Assembly: GCA_009917695.1 (NCBI GenBank)
Contig: JAACJG010000001.1
Coordinates: 143,219 to 207,218, forward strand
Source: Candidatus Rifleibacterium amylolyticum
GTDB lineage: Bacteria > Muiribacteriota > Ozemobacteria > Ozemobacterales > Ozemobacteraceae
DNA: 64,000 nt
Reading direction: 5' to 3'
Each line of letters begins with the position of its first letter. Position 1 is the first letter of the stretch. Below, piece by piece: positions 8,524 to 17,843 of the stretch. A program made the position numbers and the translations under genes. The notes beneath the pieces are model-generated. The model was not told the origin of the DNA. It searched no databases and saw nothing but the letters and a program-made list of their open reading frames with translations.

Positions 8524-9870
8524 TTAGAGAGCTTGTAGTCTATCTTGTGGATTGATTATGCTGGTAATTCTGACCGCGAAGTTTTCGTCGATTACAACGA
8601 CTTCACCCTTTGCTATCAGCTTGTTATTAACAAATACCTCCACGGATTCACCCGCAAGTTTATTTAACTCTACTACAGAACCTATACCTAATTCAAGAAC
8701 ATCTTTTATTAACATACGGGTTCTGCCTAATTCAACTGTTATTTGCAGAGGAACATCAAGAAGCAGGTCAATATTCGATTGCAACCCTACTCCCATCGGC
8801 ATCTGAAGCATGCCGAATTCCGCTGGCGAACCCTGCATCATGCCTGGCATTCCCATTCCCGGCATCTGACCTGGCATTCCCATTCCCGGCATCCCCATTC
8901 CTGGCATTTGTCCTGGCATTCCCATTCCCTGCATTCCCATGCCAGACATCTGCCCTGGCATCCCCATTCCTGGCATCTGTCCCGGCATTCCCATTCCCGG
9001 CATTTGCCCTGGCATTCCCATTCCTGGCATCTGCGGTGGCATTCCCGGCATTTGCGGAGGCATCTGGCCCTGGGGTTGTCCGCCCAGCCCTGCGCCTGGC
9101 GGCGGTGGTGGCGGAGCTGCTTTTTTGGCAGATTCTTTGGGTTTGGTCAGATCTGAGGCCATGAGCTGTGCGAAGGCTGCCGGAAGCAGTTGTACCATTT
9201 CGGTTTCGGCCAGGTCGCCGATCTTGAGACTGTAGCCGATGCGCAAGAAGTTTGCGTTCTCGCTGAAGTCAGGCATCGCCGGCGGGCCGTCGTTAAAGTT
9301 GATCAGAAGAACCTCGGGTGGCGATATATCGACGCGCTTTTTGAAGTGCTCGGACAATGTGGTAGTTGTTTTACCCATCATCTGGTTCAGCATTTCGCCA
9401 ACTGCCGAAACGTGCATTTCCTGAAACTGTGCGTCAACCCCGCTGCCACCCATCATCAGGTCGCCGATCAGGGCCGAGATCGTCTTTTTAAGCAACAGAT
9501 ATGAATTTCCGTCAAAACCCTCTATGTAGGCAATCTTTGCAATGACAAATTCTTCGCCGCCTCCCTCGGAGGCAAGCTCGCCGAAGTTGACAACTCTGAT
9601 CTGCTCGAGGTCGATAGATATTTCCTTGTTCAACAGAACCTGAACAACTGAAGAGGTCGCACCAAGCGATATCTTGGCTACTTCGGCGAGCTGGTCGAGT
9701 TGTTCCTGTGAGAAGGAGGCTGCGGCAGTCGTGCCGCCAGATGATGCCGCCGGGGCAGCATGAGCTGCCGGAGCTTCAGCCGCGGGAGTATCGGCCGGAG
9801 CTTCGTCTCCGCCGCCACCGCCTGCGTTTAACAATGCATTGATTTCTTCCTGCGTCAGTATGTCACTCAC
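8524..9870 (-). CDS. fliY: Flagellar motor switch protein FliY (CheC-like domain plus FliN C-terminal domain) with a long Met/Pro/Gly-rich linker.
   Basis: The N-terminal LTQEEINALL peptide is FliM/FliY-like. A CheC-type motif is present (EMHVSAVGEMLNQMMG). The C-terminal FliN/SpoA domain reads IDLLLDVPLQITVELGRT...ELNKLAGESVEVFVNNKLIAKGEVVVIDENFAVRI. The position between cheY and fliM matches B. subtilis. Confidence 0.8.
   Translation of the reverse strand: MSDILTQEEINALLNAGGGGGDEAPADTPAAEAPAAHAAPAASSGGTTAAASFSQEQLDQLAEVAKISLGATSSVVQVLLNKEISIDLEQIRVVNFGELASEGGGEEFVIAKIAYIEGFDGNSYLLLKKTISALIGDLMMGGSGVDAQFQEMHVSAVGEMLNQMMGKTTTTLSEHFKKRVDISPPEVLLINFNDGPPAMPDFSENANFLRIGYSLKIGDLAETEMVQLLPAAFAQLMASDLTKPKESAKKAAPPPPPPGAGLGGQPQGQMPPQMPGMPPQMPGMGMPGQMPGMGMPGQMPGMGMPGQMSGMGMQGMGMPGQMPGMGMPGMGMPGQMPGMGMPGMMQGSPAEFGMLQMPMGVGLQSNIDLLLDVPLQITVELGRTRMLIKDVLELGIGSVVELNKLAGESVEVFVNNKLIAKGEVVVIDENFAVRITSIINPQDRLQAL
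8838..9078. repeat. Tandem imperfect ~27-nt repeats, about nine copies.
   Basis: The unit reads cattcccattcc(c/t)ggcatctg(a/t)cc(c/t)gg and is visible directly in the sequence. The repeats are in frame within fliY and encode (PGMGMPGQM)n. Confidence 0.7.
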
Positions 9871-10973
9871 GTCAATTCCTCCTCCTGGTCAGGGGGGTCA
9901 AAAACTTCTGTAATGGTAATGGCCATCTTTTTGCCGAGGATCCCGGGGCGGCCGCGAAACTTTACCCGGTTGCCGACCCTGATATTAAGGTCGTTCTTGA
10001 ACAACTGGTCGGTGACCATGATGTCGCCGGGTTGAAGTCCCAGGATATCCTGCAGGGTTACTATAGTGGCACCAAGCTCTGCGATCAGGGGGAGATGCAC
10101 TGATTTAACCTGCTGGCTTATCGCATCGACGTTGGTCTGGGCAGCCTCTTTGCGAACTGCAGCAAACCATGATGCGGCGTTGAATTTGTAAACAATGGAT
10201 TCGACTGTGTTATAGGGTATGCAGAGCGTCATGATACCAGTAACATCGTGAATCTTGATTTCGATCGTAATCGATACGACAATTTCACTTGGTGGAACAA
10301 TCTGCGCAAACTGAGGATTCGATTCAACCAGTTCGATCACCGGGGCCAGGTCGATAATGTTGATCCAGGCTTCGCGCAGGCGGTCGATGACGCTGACCAT
10401 AATCTTCTGCATGATCTGCTTTTCAACTTCGGTAAGCTGTCTGAGAATGCCAAGCGGCGTGCCATTGCCACCAAGAAGACGGTCGAGAATGGTGAAAACC
10501 ACATTCAGATTGATATCGATCAGTGCTTTGCCGTCGAGGTTGTCTGACCTGAATACGGTTATGAAGGTCGGGTTGTAAATTGACTGAATGAATTCTTCAA
10601 AAGTTCGCTGCTCGACCGAAACTATAGTCGCCTGCGCGTAAGCACGCAGTTTGGTGGAAAGATCGGTTCCGACCAGGCGGACAAAAGCTTCGTGAATCAG
10701 CTGTATGGTGTTGAGCTGTTCTTTGGAGAATTTAGTCTGGCGCTTGAAATCGTATTTTCGCTCGGTTCTTCCTTCTTTACGTTCGTCAGAACCGCCGCTG
10801 AACATCGATGGTGCAGCCGCAGCCGGAGCCGGGCCGGATTCTTTGGCAGGTTTTTTCTCGGCACCGCCCTCAGAAAACATGGGCGGCGGCGGTGGCGCCG
10901 AATCATCTTCTTCTGCTGGCCCCAATGCCGACAACAGGGCATCGATTTCGCTTTGCGAAAGGGTGTCTACCAT
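9867..10973 (-). CDS. fliM: Flagellar motor switch protein FliM.
   Basis: The N-terminal LSQSEIDALL motif binds CheY-P. The middle domain is CheC-like. The gene lies between fliL and fliY, and the 368 aa protein overlaps fliY by 4 nt. Confidence 0.85.
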   Translation of the reverse strand: MVDTLSQSEIDALLSALGPAEEDDSAPPPPPMFSEGGAEKKPAKESGPAPAAAAPSMFSGGSDERKEGRTERKYDFKRQTKFSKEQLNTIQLIHEAFVRLVGTDLSTKLRAYAQATIVSVEQRTFEEFIQSIYNPTFITVFRSDNLDGKALIDINLNVVFTILDRLLGGNGTPLGILRQLTEVEKQIMQKIMVSVIDRLREAWINIIDLAPVIELVESNPQFAQIVPPSEIVVSITIEIKIHDVTGIMTLCIPYNTVESIVYKFNAASWFAAVRKEAAQTNVDAISQQVKSVHLPLIAELGATIVTLQDILGLQPGDIMVTDQLFKNDLNIRVGNRVKFRGRPGILGKKMAITITEVFDPPDQEEELT

Positions 10974-11009
10974 TCTCTGGCTCCGGTTCTGTAAAACATT
11001 CTGTGTTAC

Positions 11010-11477
11010 TCAGTTGATCAGAAATGTCGGAATAAATACGCTGATAATACGGCTTTCAGATGTTGATTTACCGAGGATTCTGTTGAGTTCTCTTTCTATG
11101 TCCTTATGCAGAAAGCGGTCGATGTAATCTTCTTTAGCTCTCTGTATATTAAGTTTCATGAGGATATTGGTGATGCAGTCGCGCAGTTCGGCTTTGCGCT
11201 CTTCCAGTTCCTTTTCGAGATTGCCAATATAGCCGACTTCTACCTGAATCTTTATGTAATGAAGTTCTTCATCGCGAGAGGTCGCAATGAATTCGCCAAG
11301 ATCGAATCTGCCCATTTTTGGTGCGGTTTCGATGTCACCCTGCAGGGGTGGCGGTGTCTGCGCTCCGCCTGGGCCAGTTATCGCTTTTTTACTGGTAACG
11401 TACGCAATGCCGACAACTGCAAGCGCGATGATCAATACAACTAATACAACTAAAATCACTTTTGTTCTGGGTGACAT
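11010..11477 (-). CDS. fliL: Flagellar basal-body-associated protein FliL.
   Basis: The 155-aa protein has a single N-terminal TM (KVILVVLVVLIIALAVVGIAYV). Its position between flbD and fliM matches the B. subtilis order. Confidence 0.55.
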   Translation of the reverse strand: MSPRTKVILVVLVVLIIALAVVGIAYVTSKKAITGPGGAQTPPPLQGDIETAPKMGRFDLGEFIATSRDEELHYIKIQVEVGYIGNLEKELEERKAELRDCITNILMKLNIQRAKEDYIDRFLHKDIERELNRILGKSTSESRIISVFIPTFLIN

Positions 11478-11542
11478 AATTTATAAACCTACCATGAGAA
11501 AATCGGCCAAGTCAATGCACAAAACGACTTTTATGGGCATAA

Positions 11543-11776
11543 TTACAACTTCAATCCGGCGCTGGCCCCGTCAGATTTTTTCTTTACGATCCGGTGCGTA
11601 TGAATACGGCGCTTATAATTCATGATGCGGTGTAGAACTTCATGCACTGATTCTGCGACCATGACCGTTTTGCCAGTATACAGGGTGATGACAGTATCGG
11701 GAGACGACTCGATCTGTTCAATGAGTTCGGCATTCAGATAGAACTTCGCTCCATTGATGCGCGAAAGCCTGATCAT
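11543..11776 (-). CDS. flbD: Flagellar protein FlbD (SwrD).
   Basis: The roughly 70-aa protein reads MIRLSRINGAKFYLNAELIEQIESSPDTVITLYTGKTVMV, which is typical of FlbD. It lies immediately downstream of flgE. Confidence 0.65.
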   Translation of the reverse strand: MIRLSRINGAKFYLNAELIEQIESSPDTVITLYTGKTVMVAESVHEVLHRIMNYKRRIHTHRIVKKKSDGASAGLKL

Positions 11777-11797
11777 ATCAATTCGTCTCCCTTACTG

Positions 11798-14542
11798 TTA
11801 TCGTTTCAGATTCACGACTTCCTGAAGCATTTCATCGGACGTGGTAATTACTCGCGAGTTGGCCTGAAAGGCACGCTGAGTAATGATCATGTTGGTGAAC
11901 TCTTCTGAGATATCGACGTTACTCATTTCAAGCGAAGCGGCAACTATAATGCCGCGATCCATCATGCCGGGCTTGCCGACGACCGGATGTCCGGAGTTGG
12001 GGGCGTATGAGTAGAGATTTTTGCCGTTCTTTTCCAGACCGGCAGGGTTGTTGAAGGTTGTCAGAGCCACCTGTCCGATCGGTTGTTTCTGACCGTTCGA
12101 GAACACGCCTCTGATGATACCATCTTCTTCGAAATAGATCTGTTCGAGCAGACCCATTTCGTAGCCATCTTGATTTTCAGCTTTGGTAGAGAAGTCTGAG
12201 TCGAACTGAGTTATCAGTTCCGTGGTCAGATCGATTGCCAGAGGGTTGCTTCCTTTCGGTTGCATGCCGAGTGTTGGAACATAGGAACGGCCCTGGTCGA
12301 TCTTGCCGTTTTCGAAGAAGTACATCTTTCCTTCGCGGTTGGTGATAAGTGCGTCGTTGGCGCGTTCCAGGTCTTCCTTCGTCGGATCTTCTGGATCTGT
12401 GACGTTGTTGGCCGGGTCTCGCAGCCAGTTAACGATTTCGACATCGTCATCAGAATAGCTGACCTTGTAGCTCCATTCCATGGTTTCCTTGTTGGTGTGT
12501 TCCCATGTGGTCACCAGGCCGTGTTTGCCGCCGAGCGAGTCGTAAATGATGATGTTGGTCGAATGTTTGGCGCCTTCACTGACAGCTCCATTTATTTTGA
12601 ATGTCTCACCATTAACTGTTGCCGAGAATTCGAGCATATCTGACGAAGGCTGCGGAACCATGATGTTAACCGAATCAGAACCACCCTTTTCGGCAGTCGT
12701 CACAAAGCTCATGCTTTCATTGGGCAGCCAGGGATTATTGCCCTCGGTCAGAGAGAATTCGAGGCCACCATAGTTGAATTCGCTGACCGCTGCGGTGCCG
12801 GCATAGTCGCCAGCAGCCAGGCCGAGCTGCTCATAGCCGGTGCCACTGATGATGACGCGTTCGCCAGAACCGGAGTAGTTTCCGGTTATGATTAGCTGGT
12901 CAGGGCTGCCGTTGTTGTCTGTGTCGGCAAATGAAGCTGTTGCCGCGACATTTTCCTGGGCCAGGCGCGAGTTGATCTCAGCCAGAATGGCGCCGCGGGT
13001 ATAGATCTGATTGTTACCGGCCACAATGTCGCTGAAGTTTATCAAAGCTGTGCGGCCATGGCGGTCTGTTATGGTAAGGCTGACATCGCTGGCAGGATCC
13101 CAGCGATCATTTTCGGGATCCCATTCCATACTGAATGATTGAGCTGTCAGGGTGTCGCTGAATACTTCTGGTCTCGATCCGCCAGTGCCTGAATATACTC
13201 CGGCGGGAAGATTGAGGGCATCGGTGTCGCCGACAATTTCAAGCTGACGGTTGCTGCCGATATCATTGCTGACGATCTGGAACTGCTGGGTAATCGCATC
13301 GTAATATGCAGTTGCGCGCACGCCACTGTTCTTCATCGCAGTATTGATATTATCGACAATTTCTGAGGTTGAATAGGTCACTCCTGGATCGAACGCAACC
13401 GAAGCTGTTCTCGGCGGAACAAACTGATTGTCGTTGATGTCGAAATAGGCGCCAAATGCAGGAGTCCAGTGAGTTCCGAATCCTACGGGAGTGCCCTGAA
13501 CGCGAGCCTGCTCGCCGCCAAGAGTGCCGGCTCCGATAAAGCCGCGCTCTGAGCCGACGACGCGGTAAGAAGTTGCTCTGGTCGGGTCACCACCGTCAAA
13601 GATGATCTCGACGGTTTCATTCTCGACTTCAGTACCAGATGCAGTTACGCCTGAACTGATACCATCGCCGGTGTTAGAAATAGCATTGATCGGCATGGTT
13701 GCCGTGGCCGGCCGTGGGTCGCCGTCAGGATCATAAGTGAAATAGGGTTGTGCAACCGATGAAGTCGGTCCGGCAGGTTCTACTGTGCTCTCAAGAACAT
13801 TGCCGTCGTCATCAGTCTTGATCGTGCCAGTGGCGACGTTGCCTTCGGTATCATCGATGGCCGACCAGATCCAGTTGTTGGCGTCGAGTTTCTTGAACTT
13901 GAAAGTCAGGTTCTCGAATTCCCCCTGGCTGTTCTTGAAGGTGAGTGTGTCGAGCCCGAATTCAATGTCGCGCTCGTTCGATGCACTGTCAAGGTTACAG
14001 GAATAGGTGATTGTGTTGGTCTGGTGTGCGTGCTTCTTGAGATACTTGGTAATATTGATGTCATAAGGCACGACACCGGTTTCTTTCATTTCAAGATTAC
14101 CGGTCTTGGGGTTCTGAGTGGCCAGCCAGCCCTGCATCTTGAAGCCGGTGTTGGTCATGACCATGTCGTAGTTAGGATTGATGTTGAGGTTGCCGTCGCG
14201 GGTGTAGTAGAGATTGCCGTCGTAGCCGCGAACTGAAAAGAATCCGGCGCCTTCGATGGCGATGTCGGTCTGCTTACCGGTGCCTTCGATCGCTCCCTGG
14301 TCCATCAATGTGTCGATTGCGGCTTTGCTGACACCAAGACCGACCTGCATCGGGTTGAGTCCGCCGTAGTCGCCAAAGGCCTGCTGACCGTGCCGAAGTG
14401 TTTCTGAGAAAAGATCCTGGAACATGACGCGGCCACGCTTGAATGCAGTGGTATTGACGTTCGCAATGTTGTTACTGAGAACGTCCATTTTGGTCTGATG
14501 TTGCTTTAGACCCGTAACTCCCGTGAATAATGATCTTATCAT
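11798..14542 (-). CDS. flgE: Flagellar hook protein FlgE, an unusually long form of 914 aa.
   Basis: The N-terminal rod/hook motif is present (MIRSLFTGVTGLKQHQTKMDVLSNNIANVNTTAFK). The C-terminal motif reads NVDISEEFTNMIITQRAFQANSRVITTSDEMLQEVVNLKR. A large central insertion is rich in T/S/G/D. Confidence 0.85.
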   Translation of the reverse strand: MIRSLFTGVTGLKQHQTKMDVLSNNIANVNTTAFKRGRVMFQDLFSETLRHGQQAFGDYGGLNPMQVGLGVSKAAIDTLMDQGAIEGTGKQTDIAIEGAGFFSVRGYDGNLYYTRDGNLNINPNYDMVMTNTGFKMQGWLATQNPKTGNLEMKETGVVPYDINITKYLKKHAHQTNTITYSCNLDSASNERDIEFGLDTLTFKNSQGEFENLTFKFKKLDANNWIWSAIDDTEGNVATGTIKTDDDGNVLESTVEPAGPTSSVAQPYFTYDPDGDPRPATATMPINAISNTGDGISSGVTASGTEVENETVEIIFDGGDPTRATSYRVVGSERGFIGAGTLGGEQARVQGTPVGFGTHWTPAFGAYFDINDNQFVPPRTASVAFDPGVTYSTSEIVDNINTAMKNSGVRATAYYDAITQQFQIVSNDIGSNRQLEIVGDTDALNLPAGVYSGTGGSRPEVFSDTLTAQSFSMEWDPENDRWDPASDVSLTITDRHGRTALINFSDIVAGNNQIYTRGAILAEINSRLAQENVAATASFADTDNNGSPDQLIITGNYSGSGERVIISGTGYEQLGLAAGDYAGTAAVSEFNYGGLEFSLTEGNNPWLPNESMSFVTTAEKGGSDSVNIMVPQPSSDMLEFSATVNGETFKINGAVSEGAKHSTNIIIYDSLGGKHGLVTTWEHTNKETMEWSYKVSYSDDDVEIVNWLRDPANNVTDPEDPTKEDLERANDALITNREGKMYFFENGKIDQGRSYVPTLGMQPKGSNPLAIDLTTELITQFDSDFSTKAENQDGYEMGLLEQIYFEEDGIIRGVFSNGQKQPIGQVALTTFNNPAGLEKNGKNLYSYAPNSGHPVVGKPGMMDRGIIVAASLEMSNVDISEEFTNMIITQRAFQANSRVITTSDEMLQEVVNLKR

Positions 14543-14877
14543 AGCACAATTTCCTCTTCTTTCGGCTTAATGTGCCGTTAACCGCCGGTTCCGTTCCATC
14601 GTCACCACGGTACGCTCCATGAAGAGTGGAGCAGTCGACCGGGGGAGAAGAGCCTGCCTCATGCAGGAGTCTCCCGCCGGCCAATCCGCTGGGATTGGCA
14701 AAGATCATTCGTTTTTCTGTTTCCGCCTTCTGTCAGTCCGGCGGTCTGGCTTCCCCGGGAGGGGTCCGGCCATCTTATCGGATTTGTTTTTGCCTTATGA
14801 TCTCTGCGTTTTCCCGATCGTTCGCTTCCTTATGGATCTGTTTGCTTTTCTTTCATCTTCTGTTTTTGCGTTTCTCC

Positions 14878-15276
14878 TTATCCATACTTCATACTTACGC
14901 TGTCTATATTGGTCACCATTCCGTTTCGCATCTCGTCAATTCCCATAGCTGTCACCAGCGTGCGGCTCGGAACATTCACGACAAAGGCGCCTTCGCGGGT
15001 TATCACCAGCGAGTCTCTGGCTCCTTTTGCCTCCAGCTCTGAAAACGCGCGGTTCAGCGAATTCTCAAGGGCCGGGTTCATGCTTATGTTTCTTTCCGTG
15101 AGGCGCTTCTGGGCATGGGCACTGATGCGAAACTGTGTCGGTTCTGCTACAGCTTTCTGGAAAAGATCGCCGAATGACGCTGCGCCTGGCAGACCTGCTG
15201 CCGTGCTGTTGCTTCTCGTCGGCCTGATTCCCGTCAGCTGCGGTCCCTGCGGACCGATCATCAGTCTGGGATCCAT
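14878..15276 (-). CDS. Small flagellar-operon protein between flgD and flgE. It may belong to the flg_new family of flagellar operon proteins.
   Basis: It is 132 aa and sits between flgD and flgE, as this family does in Firmicute and spirochaete fla operons. The assignment is from position and memory of the family and was not verified by search. Confidence 0.4.
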   Translation of the reverse strand: MDPRLMIGPQGPQLTGIRPTRSNSTAAGLPGAASFGDLFQKAVAEPTQFRISAHAQKRLTERNISMNPALENSLNRAFSELEAKGARDSLVITREGAFVVNVPSRTLVTAMGIDEMRNGMVTNIDSVSMKYG

Positions 15277-15313
15277 GATTTGCCTCGTGTGAGTCAGATT
15301 AAGTTGTCAAGGT

Positions 15314-15760
15314 TCAGCCGCTTTGCGGCAGTTCATATATGGTCGGGCTGACAAGCTGAACGTCTTCGAGATTGTAAGCGTCGTCGCCGATCTTGAGGAA
15401 AGGCACGCCATCCTTGAAGCCGACCATATCCACTGTGCCGGTAACCGCTTCTTCCATGTCGGGTTTCTGCACTGTAACGGTAGTGCCCAGATACATCATG
15501 GCCTGGGTGTGTGAGTTGCTGGCGAGAATGTTCGACATCGCTTCCAGAGACTTGTTCATGTTGAGCATCTGCTCAAGTGAGCTGAAACTGGACATCTGGC
15601 TGATGAAATTCATGTCTTCCATGGGATTCATCGGATCCTGATTCTGCAGCTGCACGGTCAGAAGCTTCAGGAAGTCGTCTTTGCCAAGCTCCTGTGTCGG
15701 CGTTCTTGTCGTATTCAGATTCAAGCCGCTTTCCGGTATGTTCACTGTTTCTATAGCCAT
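15314..15760 (-). CDS. flgD: Flagellar hook capping/assembly protein FlgD.
   Basis: The FlgD N-terminal motif is present (LGKDDFLKLLTVQLQNQDPMNPM). The 148 aa protein lies between fliK and flgE. Confidence 0.8.
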   Translation of the reverse strand: MAIETVNIPESGLNLNTTRTPTQELGKDDFLKLLTVQLQNQDPMNPMEDMNFISQMSSFSSLEQMLNMNKSLEAMSNILASNSHTQAMMYLGTTVTVQKPDMEEAVTGTVDMVGFKDGVPFLKIGDDAYNLEDVQLVSPTIYELPQSG

Positions 15761-15773
15761 CGAACCATGCCTC

Positions 15774-17768
15774 CTATACGGTCAGGTCAACTGCTTTGAT
15801 ATTCAACGCAGCCCGTCTCAGATTGGGCAGCACATTCTTTCTTATAATCGCTTCAGCAGTGTCGTTACCGCCCGCCTGAATGCGACTGGATCTGTTTTTT
15901 CTGCCAGACATCTGATTCCTGTTACTTTCATCGGGATTTCTCGACGAAATGTCCACAGTTATTTCGGTCAAATTTACACCTTGATTGAGAAGCTGCTCTT
16001 TGATCTGGGGTGCCAGTTCTTCGAGACGTGCTTTGGCAAGGGCACTTTCGGCCGAAATGCGGGCCGATACTGTTCCATCCCTGGAGGTAAGTTCCATTTC
16101 AAGCTTGCCAAGGTCGCCGGGGTCGAGTTCCATGTTGAGAATCTTGCTGCCATTCTCTGTTTTCAGATATTCTGCCTTTTCAAGCATCTGACTGAAAATG
16201 TGAGTGGCGGCCGGAACCGGTGTGGCGGGCCTGGCTGCGCTCATCGAACTTGCGGGAGTGCCGTTGTGTGAAGAGAATCCGTTGCTTCCGTGGCCGGCAC
16301 TGTTGTTGTTCATGGCCGAATGTCGCTTTACCGCTTCAGGAGAGTAGGTTGCCGCTTCTGTAGCCTTTTCTCCGCCCCCAGTTTTTTCTGTGAACAGTGA
16401 AAAGAACTTTTTCGCAGCTTCTTCTACCGCTGCTTTTGCATGCTCAGGGGTTACCGGTTGGGCAGTTGCCGTCTGCATATTGGATTTGTTTGCGAGCACT
16501 GGTTCATCGGCTGTTTCGGCCTGGTCACTCGAGCTGGCTGCTTCGTTGATCGGCTGATTCAGACGCTTGAACTCTTCGCGCAGACTTTCTTCGTTTTTCG
16601 GCTGCTCACTGGTTTCACTGAGCTGGCTGGTTTCGACATTCTTTTCTTTGGTATTTCTCGTGGTTTCGTGACGTTCTGTGTCGCTCGCTGCTTTTTCTTC
16701 AGTCAGGGTTTCGCCTTCGGAATTGTTGGCAACGACTGCATCGGCAGCTTCTACGACTGTTGCCAGTTCAGTCGGGTCGTGACTGACTGCGTGTTCTTCA
16801 CTGTTTTTATCACCTTGTTTCCGCTCGTGCTCGACAACTACAGCCTCTTGAACGATTGTCTCAGAAACGGTCTGAGGCATGCTCTGCTGCGCGTTGGCTA
16901 CTTCGGCGGCTTTCTGCTGATCGGCCAGATTCTGCAGCAATTGCATCAGTTCAGGCGATTCTGCCAGCGTCAGTAACTCGTCCCTGGCTTCTGAATCAGG
17001 CATCGCATCGATCAGTTCACCGAGAACTTCTTTGAATGATTCCGGTGATTCGCTGAGAGCAGCAAGTTCCTGTGGCGAAAGGCCTTGTAGAAATTCGACC
17101 AGGGCAACCTTTTCGTCTTCGGTCAGAGTGCCTGCAAGTTCTTCGACCAGGGCCGCATAATCTAACTTTTTGTCATTTGCGCCGCTGACTTCGGTTTCGC
17201 TGTCAGAAACTCTGTTTGCGCTCAAACTGTCTGCTCCTTCAGTCCCTTCTGCAAGATCAATGGCTTCGCCTGTCGAAGTTTCAGACAGAATCTGTGTTTC
17301 AACCGTGCTTTCGCGTGATGGAAGTGCTTCGTCTCTAACAGAGAGGGTTCCTGATGCGTCAGTTTTGCTCTCGCCATCTTCAGCTATCTTCTCAGGGCTG
17401 TCAGTTGGCTCGCTAGCTACGTTCTGTGCTTCTTTGCCTGTTCTTTCTGAGGCGCTGACATTGTCATATTTGTCTCTGAATGATTCTGCCCGAACATCTT
17501 CTCTGAACTGATCATTGCGCACCGGAATTTCGAATTTTTCCGGACGTTCTGCCAGTAACGGGTTGATTGCAGAGATAGCACTGAAAGAATAGATTCTTGC
17601 ATTGCCGGTCACTTCACCAACCATGTTTTCAGCCGAAGTTGCGCCCAGTTGCTGCTGCAGCAGGCTGAGGAAGTCGCTGGAAGCTGATTTGTCGGTCGCA
17701 CTTTGCTTGTTCTGGGGTAGTTCAAACGTAAAAACCCCGGAAATACCAGCCAAAATGTCATTATTCAT
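15774..17768 (-). CDS. fliK: Flagellar hook-length control protein FliK.
   Basis: The 664-aa protein is acidic and low-complexity, rich in E/S/T/A. The C-terminal Flg_hook domain reads LDPGDLGKLEMELTSRDGTVSARISAESALAKARLEELAPQIKEQL. A strong RBS (GGAGGTG) lies 7 nt upstream of the ATG. Confidence 0.7.
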   Translation of the reverse strand: MNNDILAGISGVFTFELPQNKQSATDKSASSDFLSLLQQQLGATSAENMVGEVTGNARIYSFSAISAINPLLAERPEKFEIPVRNDQFREDVRAESFRDKYDNVSASERTGKEAQNVASEPTDSPEKIAEDGESKTDASGTLSVRDEALPSRESTVETQILSETSTGEAIDLAEGTEGADSLSANRVSDSETEVSGANDKKLDYAALVEELAGTLTEDEKVALVEFLQGLSPQELAALSESPESFKEVLGELIDAMPDSEARDELLTLAESPELMQLLQNLADQQKAAEVANAQQSMPQTVSETIVQEAVVVEHERKQGDKNSEEHAVSHDPTELATVVEAADAVVANNSEGETLTEEKAASDTERHETTRNTKEKNVETSQLSETSEQPKNEESLREEFKRLNQPINEAASSSDQAETADEPVLANKSNMQTATAQPVTPEHAKAAVEEAAKKFFSLFTEKTGGGEKATEAATYSPEAVKRHSAMNNNSAGHGSNGFSSHNGTPASSMSAARPATPVPAATHIFSQMLEKAEYLKTENGSKILNMELDPGDLGKLEMELTSRDGTVSARISAESALAKARLEELAPQIKEQLLNQGVNLTEITVDISSRNPDESNRNQMSGRKNRSSRIQAGGNDTAEAIIRKNVLPNLRRAALNIKAVDLTV

Positions 17769-17814
17769 CGTTTCACCTCCTTCCTTATCAATTTTGTATA
17801 GTTTCCCACTATCT

Positions 17815-17843
17815 TTATCGTCATAATTTTTCCGAACCCTTAG
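17815..17843 (-). promoter_or_regulatory. Candidate sigma-28 (FliA/SigD)-like promoter upstream of fliK.
   Basis: On the minus strand the element reads CTAAG-N16-GACGATAA, about 45 nt upstream of the fliK ATG. It is a weak match to TAAA-N15-GCCGATAA (6/8 in the -10 element). This is a motif-level guess only. Confidence 0.2.

Noticed and set aside
8838-9078. A tandem-repeat block could be a CRISPR array.
   Set aside because: The units are 27 nt with no intervening unique spacers, they are imperfect, and they are in frame inside a conserved protein-coding gene. This is a coding microsatellite and not CRISPR.
8743-9235. The plus-strand ORFs 8743..9156 (His/Ser/Trp-rich, 137 aa) and 8939..9235 (ICPGIPIPG repeats) look like exotic repeat proteins.
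   Set aside because: They are antisense or out-of-frame readings of the fliY tandem repeat. The minus-strand frame is the coherent FliY protein with conserved flanking domains.
14619-15042. Plus-strand ORFs of 109 and 138 aa lie in the flgE upstream gap.
   Set aside because: The proteins have poor composition (Cys/Arg/Phe-rich with no motifs). They are on the strand opposite to the flanking operon and overlap the flg_new-like gene. I treat the region as a structured leader.
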